Assembly (NCBI GenBank): GCA_013265495.1 | Contig: MU058824.1 | Coordinates: forward strand, 3,623,111-3,687,110 | Direction of reading: 5' to 3' | Source of the DNA: Vicugna vicugna | Lineage: Eukaryota | DNA length: 64,000 bases | Shown: positions 12,507 through 25,200 of the stretch, piece by piece | Numbering within the stretch: the first letter of the stretch is position 1 | How the letters are laid out: every line of letters starts with the position of its first letter | The notes under the pieces: generated by a model | Seen by the model: only the letters and a program-made list of their open reading frames with translations | Told to the model about the DNA's origin: nothing | The model's database searches: none | Translations under genes and position numbers: made by a program

Positions 12507-14711
12507 GACTGGATCTCAATTTTTTTGGTCCCAGTACCCTTTTATACTCTTAAAAATTAAGCCCTCAAAAAGCCTTTTCTAATGTGGGTAATTTATTAAC
12601 ATTTACCATGTAAGAAATTAAAGTTGACTAATTTTCAAAACAAGAATTAATTAATTTAACATAATTCATTTTATTAAAAATAACTTTATTTTCCAAAACA
12701 AAAAAAATTTAGTAATAAGATTGGTTGTGTTTTACAAAACTCTTCAACGACTAGTCTAATAAAATACAGCTGGATCCTCATAAGTGCTTCTGCATTCAGT
12801 GTGTTGTGGTATGTTGTTCTGGCTGAAATATTACCAAAAAAATTGGGTTTCAAAGATATGTAATTGAAAAGAGGAATATTCTAATAGCCTATTCAAATAA
12901 TTGTGAATATTCTTTGATACTCTAACAAAACTTAGTTGTAATGTGGAAAGTGAAACTATATCAATGAACTTTTATGTACTCTGTTAATATTAAAATTCAT
13001 TGGTCTAATCATAAGTTGTCAGAGAAATGCAAATTCAAACTATAATGAGATATCACCTCACACCAATCACGGCCCTCATTTAAAAGTCTGCAAGTGGTAA
13101 ATGCTGGAGAGGGTGTGGGAATGTAAACTGATGAAGCCACTATGGCAGACAGTATGGTGGTTCCTTAAAAAACTAAAGCTAGACTTACCATATGACCCAG
13201 CAATACCACTCCTGGGTATACACCTGGAGAAAAATATAATTCAAAAAGACACATGCACTCCAATGTTCATAGAAGCATTATTTACAATAGCCAAGACATG
13301 GAAACAACCCAAATGTCCATCAACAGATGACTGGATGAAGAAGATGTGTGTGTGTGTGTGTGTGTGTGTGATGTGTGTGTGGTGTGTGTGTAATACTACT
13401 CAGCCATAAAAAGAATAAAATAAGGCCATTTGCAGCAACGTGGATGGACCTGGAGATCATCACTCTAAACAAAGTAAGCCAGAAAGAAAAAGAAAAATAC
13501 CATATGATATCACTTACATGTGGGATCTTAAAAAAAAAAGGCATAAATTAACTACTTGTTATTTATAACTTACTACTTGTTATTTATAACTTAGATGATT
13601 GATTTCTTAAATATGTGTAAGCACATTTGACTGTCCTTTATGACTGGATTATTGCAGTCTATTGATTCTTACTTTGTGGTTGGCTTTATTCCTTTGATAA
13701 CTACGTAAGTTTAAAAAGCTAAAGCACTAAACTGTTCTTAGAAACAATGAACAGTACATATATGTACATTTTAAAATGGCTTTATCTCTCAATGAGTTGC
13801 TCTTCCAAGAATAAACTTTGTTTACCAAAAATAAAAATTAAAAAATAAAATTAAAACAAGCTTCAAAAAATTAAAAAATAAAAATTCTCTGGTCTATCTT
13901 GTAACTTGAAAGGGTCTTTTAACCAATGCACCATTTTGTAAATCATGTATTGGTCATATAGAAAATACTGGTTCATAGAGTTATGAAGATTTTCCATTTC
14001 ATTATTCAATAATTTAAAAAATCACATTTGTTAATATCACAGCGGATCTCATCAGAAAAGTCTTTAAGAATTGGAAAGCTTCGTCAAACACACCATAATA
14101 TATTTAAGTCTTCAAAAATTCTAATTTTTGCTGAAAGCTCAAATTTTTACCACTGGCAACAAATGTTGGTGGTTATTTTCCTTGATGTGGCATGCTTATT
14201 TGGTTCAATTTCAAGAAAATGTCTGCAAAATACCCAATTCTGAATAGCGATAGCTTGTCAGTTGTCCTTTGAAGTAAAAATGTTTCACACTAAAAGAGGC
14301 TAGTTCAGCTCACAAAACTAAACAAGTGCTCTTCCTTGAATCAACAATCACACTTCAGGATACAACACAAGTGCTTTACGTGTACTCCTCATTTTGTCAT
14401 ACAGAATAATAGGGGAAAGTGGTAAGGGTAGAGATTTAATAAACTGAATAATTTTTTGTGCTTCATAAGGACATTGAGCAAAACCTGAGTTTACAATGGT
14501 TAACAATACAATAACTACTAGAACGATTTTGGTGCCATAGCACTGATTTGTGCTGAGGTATCAACAGTTTTACCCACTGTTGCTTGTGTACTGTCAGAGC
14601 AAATATCAACACAGTGAAAAAGGAAAAATGGCATCTTACTATGATGAAAATAATAGTTTTGATCTTTCAGGAACCACAAGGGTCCAACAACCCACAGTTT
14701 GAGAAACACCT
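12507..14711. mobile_element. Charlie1/Charlie1a-like hAT DNA transposon, interrupted at 13008-13880
   Basis: Left end ggatctcaatttttttggtcccagtaccc...ctcttaaaaatta, right end aatagttttgatc...ccacagtttgagaaacac; CTAGA-containing flanks on both sides (hAT-Charlie target preference). Confidence 0.8.
13008..13880 (+). mobile_element. Retroposed chimera: L1 ORF2 3' fragment plus about 280 nt non-L1 sequence plus A-rich tail
   Basis: TSD aaaattc(at/tc)tggtcta at 12992-13007 and 13881-13896; L1 peptide LKLDLPYDPAIPLLG; AATAAA at 13810; (TG)n at 13345-13391. Confidence 0.85.
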
Positions 14712-14789
14712 TCCTAGAGTACAAACTCCTTAGGCCAGGAAACCCAATTACTTTTCACAATGTCTTGCCACAATAATACTGTTATACAA

Positions 14790-14882
14790 AAGGAAGGAAA
14801 GAAAGAAGGAAGGGAGAGAAGGAAAGAGAGGGAGGGAGAAAGGGAGGGGAAGGGAGGAGAGGAGAGAGGGGAAGGGGTAAAG
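14790..14882. repeat. Purine-rich (GGAA/GGGA) low-complexity tract
   Basis: Seen directly. Confidence 0.9.
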
Positions 14883-14904
14883 GTATTAATGAAGAGAACA
14901 CTGG

Positions 14905-15043
14905 TGGAGGAGGGTACAGCTTAACTGGTGGAGTGCATACTTAGCATGCACAAGGTCCTGGATTCAATCTGCAGTACCTCCTCTAAAAATAAATAAGTAA
15001 ACAAACCTAATTACCTCCCCCCAAAACGTTTTAATTAAAAAAA
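14905..15043 (+). mobile_element. tRNA-Ala-derived SINE (camelid Vic-1 type)
   Basis: gagggtacagcttaactggtggagtgcatacttagcatgcacaaggtcctggattcaatc...aaacctaattacctcccc with A and B boxes. Confidence 0.85.
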
Positions 15044-16994
15044 TTGGTAACAGGTAAATAAATATCAACTAATTTGGAGACTGAAAAAAGTGATATTACC
15101 ATTTTAACAAATGCAGAGGGAAAAAAATGGCAATGAAGGCATATCTATTTAAACATTCCCATTAAAACGCCTTAGGCCAGGAAATCCATTTACTAAAAAG
15201 CTCATAAACTTTCAGTTACCAGAATAACAGAGCTTGGCTTATAGTATAACTGTGGCCATCTCTTTAACAATGACTTATTTTGTAAGGGATTTAATAGCTT
15301 AAGCAAAAGTCAAAAATGTTTATACAAGATATTTTTAAACTCTTTTATAGACATTTAGATTATCTATTCTATGAAAAAGAATTTCAAAAAAACTTTACTC
15401 CATTTAGAGAATACATTCAACAAACATTTACTAAAGACCTGCCATATACAAGACACTCTATTGTATGATTTTGGGTATATAACAAGGGATAAAATGTGGT
15501 CTCTCCCTTCAGTAATATGTAGGTCAGGAGAGAAGTTCAAGAAAAGCTAAAATATGGCCGAAATATACTGAACCACAATGGCCATTAAAAAACAAATTAG
15601 GTATAATGTTAATGTATGCATTTGGAGAAAATTCATGAAAATGGCTTATATCAAAAGAAAAAGAAAATTTAATTCAAGTAAATAGTCAGGAAAATTTAGC
15701 TTTACTAAGGAAGGAAGGATGGAAGGGAAAAAGGAAACAAGAAAGGCAAATCATAGCTTAAAGCAAAGAAATCTATCAAAAGATATGAGGATAAAGCCTA
15801 TCTGATCCCAATGTTTATTGGTTCCCTAAGATTTTTAGCATACCTCCCACCAAAATAAAAAACAAAAACAAAATAAAAGCTAATACACATGAACTAACAT
15901 GTCCAAACTGTCAATAAAGAGAATCTTTACAGCAAAGTTGGGGTCACTTTTTGCTACAGACGGATGGTAAACTGGGTGGTGATATTCTTGACAGGTCAAG
16001 AACTCTAGTCATAGTCACCTCTGTAGGCATCTCTAATGCTTAACAAAGGGAGCGATCAATAAATATTTGTGAACTGATGGAGCATCTATACTGCATGACA
16101 GGCAATGCCACAACTAAACATTCTTTGTACTCATATCCTTAACATTACCAGTTCATATTAAGATATTTGGAAGAACTTAAAGAAGAGAACAAAGACAGTA
16201 TATTTCAGGTAGGCAGATAAGACAGGAGACTGAAACCTGGTGAAATTTACTGGCTTTCTCTCTGAGAACAAGGACTTAAAAAAAATTAAAGTACTCTTTA
16301 ATATCCAACTTCTTAGCACATCAATGGCCAGTTTACAAGAACTCAATGTCCTTAATTAAGAGCATGAGATATCCAATCACTGAACTTGAATTTATAATAG
16401 CATTCATATGAAAAAAATACTTTAAAGGGAGAATTAGAATTCACAGCCATTTATTAGAATATATTCAATAATAAAATATTACTATTAAAACCAATAAAAC
16501 TATAAAAGCATTGCTATTACTTACTAATAAAATCATTTTGGTTAACTTAGTTATTGGTAAGTAAACTACATAAAGGTTATCTTAATAGCCATTTTTTATA
16601 ATCTTCCAATATCCAGTGTAATTATAACACTCACAAATGTGGATCCACAGAATATTAAGTACCATCTGATTATGTCTTTAAATTACATGGATTTTATTTT
16701 TTCCCAAAAGCCAAATATACTAATTTTCTAAATTATCAATTATCTAGACTTTAATAAAATCAGAAGAGGTTAAGTAAAACTCATTAAGATTATTTTATAA
16801 AATACTATAATCATTATCTTAACTTTTAAAAAAATTGAACTGAGATTAATAATCTCCACTTAACTATTATGTACCATGCAAATAAAGATATACATTTCTA
16901 AACAATTTTATATTTATACCATATTCTTGCCTATGGAGCAGCCTGACATTTCAAACAGTTCATCTTTCACAGTGGGTTAGTGATAGGGTCACTA

Positions 16995-17400
16995 GTTATC
17001 AACATTTATTTAGCTCTTACAATGCTCCAAAGACTGCGGTTAAGCATTCCATATGCATCACTGCATTTAATCTTCACAAAATACCCAAAAGGTAGGCATT
17101 GTTTTGTTTGTTTGTTTGTTTTTTAAAGTTTTAATTGATTTATAATCATTTTACAATGTCGTGTCAAATTCCAGTGTAGAACACAATTTTTCAGTCATAC
17201 ATGAACATATATATATTCACTGTCACATTTTTTTCTCTGTGAGCTACCATAGGCATTGTTATCTTCATTACAGATGAAGAAAAAGGAGACTTGGAAAATT
17301 TAAGAAATTTGCCCAAAATGAAATGGCTAGTCTTAAGTGGCAAAAATCAAACCTACGTCTCAATTTCAAAGCTTATGCTCTTAACCACTACACATTCACT
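16995..17400 (-). mobile_element. MIR SINE split by an L1 3' end
   Basis: catttaatcttcacaaa...ggtaggcatt / cattacagatgaagaaa...aagaaatttgcccaa. Confidence 0.75.
17104..17249 (-). mobile_element. Short L1 3'-UTR insertion
   Basis: Reverse complement similar to 5805-5920; TSD taggcattgtt at 17093-17103 and 17250-17260. Confidence 0.9.
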
Positions 17401-18227
17401 GCCTACCAAACTGGTCACTAGGATTGGTTGGAGAAGGAAAGAAGAAGAAAAAGTCCTATCTAGTCATGAAATAGGAAAAAAATTCCTGAGAAGAAAGGGA
17501 AAAATTAGAAAGGGACTACTATTAAAGAAAAAAAGAGTTGCCCCCACCCCACTCCTGCCACTCTCAAGAGTAATCAAGATCTCCAAAGATTTTTAATGAC
17601 GAATCATCACCATACTCTCAAAGGGCTTAACTATTAATAATCTGCCTTATTACAGGAGTTTCTCTAAAAAGCTAATTTATTAATTATTAATATTAATATG
17701 TTCTATATAATCCTAGCACCCAATGCATACTGCCTATACTGTGACTGTTTAAAAACCTTGTAATACTAAAGACAGGAATCATACCAAAAGTTTGGGTAAC
17801 CTGCCCAGTTAAAAACCATCCAGAGTCTGAAAATTCTCAAAGTGGGAAAAGCATACATCTCAAGTTCTGAGAAGTGATAACTGAATTTTTAAGAGTTTAT
17901 GCTCAAATGTTAATATGAGTTTTATGAAAATATAAAAGACTTAATAAACTTACAGAATAAGTTTCTTTAGATGCAAAACATAAAAAGTTTGAAAGACTTT
18001 TGGGAAGAACCAGGACAAACCAAAAAATAAACAAAAAGAGTCTTAAATTGATATCATGGCAATATCTAGATCAACCAAATCTTCCTTATGAACCACTGGG
18101 GACATGGATAGTTGGAAATAGTCACTGAATTTTATATAATACCATCAAGAAGCAGATATTCAAATATGTCTGATTTGACCCAATCCATTATGTTAAAACT
18201 ATGTTAAAAGTAAAGACAAACACTGAG

Positions 18228-19270
18228 TGATCAACTCTTGATTTCTAGTATTGTTCTCCTATAAAAAGAATGCAGGCTCCTTTGAGAAATAGCTGATTCT
18301 ACGTCTGGGGAAAGAAAACTATAAAATGAGCCTGTAGCATCTTGTAGTGCCAGAAAGTACGAAAACGCTTTAAAAAATGATGATGATGATGATGATGGGC
18401 TTATGTCAAAGACACACAGGAGCCACATGAATGAGCTCCCTAAGGCCAAAGCTGGAACAAGTTAAACAAAATAAAATAGTATTGGATCATAACCCAAAGT
18501 ATACAATAAATAACCATGAGTCCATACTGATATGAATGAATGAATCAATGAGTGAGAAAGAACAAATACCCCATGCAGAAGAATTCCAAATAATTTATAT
18601 ATTGTATATTGTATATATCCTACCCTCATTAGCTCCTTATTTCTTAAGTATGCACTGTGTTGAGGGACTTCCTTCCAAAAAGTAAAGTATGGAAAAGAGA
18701 AGGGGAAGAAGTGCAACTTTACAGTAGAAAAACCAGATAAACACTACTTCAGCCAGGTGATCAAGGTTGACATCATCAGTGAGAAGTAATGTGGACAGCA
18801 TTTACGCTTGATAAGACGTGATGAGAATGGTACTTCACCTCTGTGGTCTTCCTCCAAATAAACCCATAAACCCAGACTAACTATAAGGAAAATATCAGAC
18901 AAATCCCAATTGTGAGACATTCTACAAAACACCCAAGCAGTAATTCTCAAAGTTGACAAGGTCATCAAAAGCATGTGTGAGAAAATGTCACAGCCAAGAG
19001 AAGCCTAAGGAGACATGACAACTAAATGTAATGTGGTATCCAAGACACAGAAAAAGAACATTACATAAAAACTAAAGAAATATGAATAAAGTATGGACTT
19101 TTAATAATCAGATACCAATATTTGTTCATTAATTTTGTCAAATGTACCATACTTCTACTGTAAGGTATTACTAATAAGGGAAATTGGGTGTAGGACACAT
19201 GAGAATTTTCTTTGCAATTTTTCTATAAACCTAAAACTATTCTAAAATCAAAAGTTTATTAAAAAAAATA
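18228..19270 (+). mobile_element. L1MC-type 3' end
   Basis: gcatcttgtagtgccagaaag, ggccaaagctggaacaa, cccaattgtgagacattctacaaaa, ctattctaaaatcaaaagtttattaaaa. Confidence 0.75.
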
Positions 19271-22200
19271 AGTAAACGTGAACAGGACAAAAAGGGAAAA
19301 AGGGGGAAGTTCAGGTCTCACTATTTTCCTACATACTTCCTACATAACTCAAGGCAGGTTATTTAACCCTCTGTAGAAACTTGGAAATCTTTCTTTAAAA
19401 ATTGAGGGAAAAAATTCTCAAACCCTTCCTAGCATACGCCACCATCACTGTTAGCTTGCTCTAACTTAAGCCTAGGTTTCCAGTGAGAGACAGGAACTGC
19501 TGGTCTCTAGTCTTCATTTTTAAAAAGGGAGGGCGCTCATAGGGTTTTTATTTTATGTAGAGATATATACTGCCAAAATAAAGAATTACTCGTGTGGCAC
19601 TGAGCTACCAGAAAGCCTACCAACAGACAAACCATAATTTTATATTCAGAATTCAAAAAAGCCCCAACACAATCCTAGAGTCAAAGGAAAAAGAATTTTT
19701 AAAGCTTTAACATATGAAGATCATTTTATAATTTTTCACAAAACCTAAGCACTTATGTGAAAAAGTAAAATGAAAGCTACCTTTTCCTATGTGGACTTTA
19801 ACATCAAAAAACTCCCAAGTAAAATGAAGTATAGAAGGGTGGTTTTTAGGTAGAAAAAACTTTACTCTCACTGAGAAATAGACTTGAGATATTCTAGAAA
19901 TTTCTCTCTGATTTTGGATGAGAAAAAAGAAATAGATAAACAGTATCTTTCAAATTCCAATGCTACAGTGATTCACAGGAAAGAAAAACCTGCTCAGAAA
20001 CACTATGTTAAGGCTTATTAAAGAGAAAAAAAAATAACTTCTCAAGCCCTATGCACACACTGTATGTCATGTTGAAAAAAATCATGAAACAAACTCGCAG
20101 ATGTTAATTTTAGGATGCATTACATAGACGGTTTATAGCATTTGTCATTGTTAAGAAATCTAAAGGGGGAAATTACTGTTGTATACTTAAAAATAACTCC
20201 TCTTTCCACCCTACTAAAGATCTGTATATGTATGTGATGCAATGCATTCTGGATGTTATTCCAATTGTCTGATGCAAAAATATGTTTTTCTGTTCCTGTC
20301 CTGAGACATTGCTGTTTCTGGCACAAATTTATTATTTGCCCTCTTTTGTGATACAATCTGATTGACCTGCAGAATGCATCAAGGGCAATTACTGTCACCA
20401 TACAAAAGAACAATGGGTTAAAATAATACCCTTAGAGCAGAAGTGGAATTACAATTTAAATGAAATTTCAGATTTAATACATCCAAACAGTTTAAGTTAA
20501 ATGCAGAAAAGAATTATGTGCTTCAAAATACACAGTTAGGGATGATTTCATTTATTGGCCCTCAAAATATTTAGAATTTGGTTTACCTTCCTACATCAGA
20601 CCTTACAAATTCAACATTTAAAGAGATCAATGAGAAAGTAAAACACACTGGTGTACAGGTGTCCCAAAGCTCCTGTCTATTCCCATTCCCTTCCTCTCCA
20701 TCCCCCTTCTCCAACCTGATTAAAAACCTAAAAAGAACCCAACTGAGAATCCCACGGCCACATACTGGGCATCATTGTAGTCCTAGTGATCCTCCTTTCC
20801 TCAGGAGCATTCATTTCTAAAACCTTAATGACACTCTGTCACATTCTCATGAAAAGGAGAGGAAAAACTGCCATTACAGGCTGTGTTCATTATAATCAGT
20901 GACTTCTTAAAAATGTTTGCAGTCAAGCAGTGATGTATCTGTGGTACTTCTTTTAGAGCTTGAGTCTTTTAGCAGCTTCTTAATGTTTCAGGGAATTTCT
21001 GTGCACAGGAAATTATGAGAAATGCTCACCACTGCTCAGGGATTAAAAAAATAAGAAAGGCAAAAACAAAAGAGAACATGGCAACACTGAATTTATGTGT
21101 TTCCCATTTGCTATTGAAAGTACCTGTCAAAGCAACTTAAATATATTTTTATATAAAGGCAAGCTGACACATGAACTATTAAGAAGCTCAAATGGTAATA
21201 AAATATCCTCAAAGTAGCATATAATACATGCAAAACACTATAAGAAAATAAGAAACTACAGATGAACCAGAATTATTCTATGTATGATGTGAACAAATAA
21301 TGTCACTCTAGCTTCCCCTCTTTTTAAAACAGTCTTTTCCCCAGGTAAGAATAGTAGTCTCTAGAAAATCCCCCAAAAAGCCTGGAAAAATTTCAGAAAA
21401 ATGTAAGACAGTGAAAGCCACCATCTAATTCTAGCTTTGGTCAGCTCTGTTTGTTGGTTAGGGGCTGGAGGGGTGGGGAGCAGTTTTTATCCCTAAAAAA
21501 ATTCAAGAGGGAAAGAAGGGGAAAAATCAAGGGAAATATTCTTCAGTGTTTTTCCCCCAAATTCTGAAAAGTTTGGGATATTTGATACAGATATTCCTAA
21601 ATTTACTGTGTTCTATTTGGGCAATTTGAAACTCAAATATCTTTAGAGACAACAAACTATAAATTTAAGTGCTCATTTATCCCTTATGAGTTTCTCCACA
21701 ATTTATGTAACAAAAGTCTAACTATACTCTACAGAATAATCTAGGTTTAATTAACTTTAATAAAATTAGTCTCCTAATTTATTGCAAAACTATAGGCAGA
21801 AAGTAAAACTTGACTCTAAAACTAATCAATTACATAAACGCTTTGACGACCGTACAAGATGCTATTTGCTATTTACAGAACTAGAAGACTTATAACAGAA
21901 ACCATTTTAATAGGACCAGTTTATGTTCAGAGTATACTTCAGAATTTTACCTTCCATTTAATAAATTTATAGTTCATTATTATCTAAAATCACACAAGCT
22001 GTGCCCATTCATCAGCACTGCCATCAACTCAATTCCTAAATGGTGGTGACTTACAAAAAAAAAGCTCAAAGAATTTTGGGACTTACAGTGAACTCTCAGC
22101 TAACTTTCTGAATCACCTTGTTGCCAGAAAATACTTTAATCCCAAAATGGATCCCCTTGCTATTCACATTCTTCTGAGCCACCTACTTTCTGCCATCAAT

Positions 22201-25200
22201 TTGAATCTGATTCAGAGAGTACAAAATATTAGCCTAAGGCTGTTTCTCAAACTTAAGAAATATATGAACCCCTTTAAAAAAAGAAAAGTTCTCTTGAACA
22301 TCAAATCCATCCACAAATCCCAAATTGAGAAACACTAATTTAAGAGCCTGAAGTCTCATTATTTAACAAATGTCTTTCAATTGTGAATTATCACTAAAAT
22401 ATATTATCTTTATAACCTGTATAATACCTTTTAAACATCAAAATAAAAATACAAATTTTAACAATTCATATAGCACTCAAAGACCATCCCCTTAAAATGG
22501 ACTCTAGTAGTCTAAGGAACCCAGTCTGAGAAACAGTTCCCTATTCAAAACAGAGAGTCTGCTGCCACCCCAATCATGAAATATTCTTTCTCCCACATAC
22601 CTCCACTCTCATGAAAGCACTGTCTTTCATCTTCTACACCCCAACAGCTCTCTTACACCACTCATCTCTTGTCTTTTTTCTTAAATTATAGGATCTTTGA
22701 GGTCAGGGTCTGTGCCTGGTTCATCTCTGTATGGATCAGCACAACTTAGAGTGACTCACAAAACACCCCTGATTATTTGTTGGCTGCATGAATGGATATG
22801 AAATATACTTCTTTGGCTATTATTTGCTGTCTCAGATTACTTATGTCTTTATTCCCAACCAGTATCATAAATAATCACAAGTTTATACTCTTCAATTCAA
22901 TTCCTACAATATGCTTCTAAGGTTTAAAAAACAGTTAACAACAGAGCCAAGTATAGCCTTCTTTTCTCCTCCTCAATATGAAGAAACAATTACTGAGTTT
23001 AAGACATCAGATAAAAGTCAGTAAAGGATACAGGTACAAACATCATTACCATCAGTGCTTTTACAGAGCATCTTTATGAAATTTCTTTATAATCAAACTT
23101 TCATATGCTGCAATGTATCAAAACTTAGCTGACACAGTGACTTTAAAACCTACATGTTTTTAAGTGGTCAATGAGCCTGGCTGAACCAATAAAATCACAG
23201 TATATAAGTAACTGTTTTGTGGATAAGGATCTATAGGACTCTGTGTGCAAAGTGAAATAAAACTCATCAAATACAAATTAAAATAAAATAATGCTTTCTT
23301 TTTCTTTCAAAAACCACAAAGGTTTGGTTTGCATTAAAAGCCCATTAAAAAAGATCAATTTTAAGTTACTATATACTCAAATATGAATGGCTCCTTAGAT
23401 GCTAATAAAAAACATTATGTGAGCTATTACTTTTAATCCTACCATGATTGTAGTGCCTTTTACAAAAGAAAGTCATTGGCATTGCAGGAAATGTAAAAGC
23501 CCAAAAGCTTAAAGCTTTGGATATAAAATTTAGCTAGCTGACTCAAAAACTAGATCTCTATGTTAGTCACCCTTTAGTCAACTTCTATTTATCTTCTTGG
23601 GACTTAGATATCTGAGAGGTTCTCCCCCAACTTTGTGCTTTAATTTTAGAGAATAAATTAAGATCATATAACTATATCTCTACATTAGACAATATGAGAC
23701 ACTGTCAAAAAAGTTTTTGAATTTTTTTTTTTTGCAATATTTGTTAGGCTTCACCTAGTTAGAAAAAGAGCGAAACGAAAGCAGTTTTTGTGACACAAAA
23801 CATTTTTCAATTACATTACAAAGTTTATTATCTCTAGAACTTTATTCATAAAGAAAGAATATTCTGTAGTGGCCTTAAGATGAAAGATGAAACAGTATTA
23901 CTTTTAAGTTCCCAAGATTCTACTGAATCATTTTTAAAATAGCATAATTTGAAGGTATTTGGGTAGCGATTATAAGGAATGGGGGCTAGATATTATTGAT
24001 GATGTAATTGTTTACTAAATAGATATATATGATTCAATTGCTTACAATAGTTACAATTACATTAAAGATGCTAAAGAAACAGAAGTCCTAATAAATTATC
24101 TTCAGGATAGCCTGTCCTTCACCTATCCTTCTTGTTACTTGAATACTAATTTCTGGACCTACTCTATCAGATACCTGAGGTTATTTCAACTTTAAGTTAA
24201 GAGAGTAGTTATAATTAGTTGATGTTATTAGCTATGCTTTTAAAATATGAAGTCAATCAGTACAGGTGTTCATTAATTTTAAATTACCTAACTTATATGA
24301 CCATTAGAGCACTTGATACTGTGTCAGATTTTCAACTTAACAGCTTCCTCTAAAGTCAAATACAAAGTAATAAAAGAAGAAACTGACTTTTATTGTAAAA
24401 TCTGCTCTTTTCATATATAAGGCCATTATACTAAAGACTTCCCTCTTATTTTTCCAAAAATCTTGTGGGCATGTTGAGTAGCAAAAATTGCATTCCTCTC
24501 TCAAAAGAAACTACTTTCCTATGTTATGAACAACAAATCAACAGAGGAAGTTACCATTAACTTGCTTCCTGTTAATTAAAAACTTTCTGGCAATTTAATA
24601 CAATTACTACACATTTTTAGTTTTAAAAAGAGAATTAGGGAGAATAAAGAGAGACTGGTATACAATGGTAAAGCAAGTGTAATTTGGTAACATGGTCATA
24701 CAGTCATATGGTCAGAAACAAGGTTTTTCATTGGGAGAATCTAAATCCTTTCCAAATTACAGTTAAAGAGAAAAGAAAAATAACACCCAAATAGACTTAA
24801 TAGAAATGTATTACTAAGAAAACTGGATACACAAATACTAAAAGGCAAGGGCTATAAATTCACTATGCCCAAAATCAATTTGAGAAAAAACCCTGTATGT
24901 CAGAATCTAAATGCTTCATAATTATCTAGATCATCAAATCTTGAATAACCAACTTCATAATAAAGTAATCTAGGTACCAAAAAACTCTGGCAGTAAGCAA
25001 AGGACTTTGTACGAGGGTATAATATCTAAATATGGTATATCAAATAATAAGGGGTAAGTCAAGCAACTCATCTAAAAGAATAAGCTCAAATAGCAATTGC
25101 ACTTGTACAAATTAATATTGATCATTTTTAATGCGTCAAAAAGAACTCAACATTAAACCTGAACCAGCCTACAGGTATTTTCATTCAAAGGTGAATGCAT

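Noticed and set aside
20918..20934. PAX5-like site gcagtcaagcagtga
   Set aside because: Spacing is one base off the consensus; a single motif is not evidence
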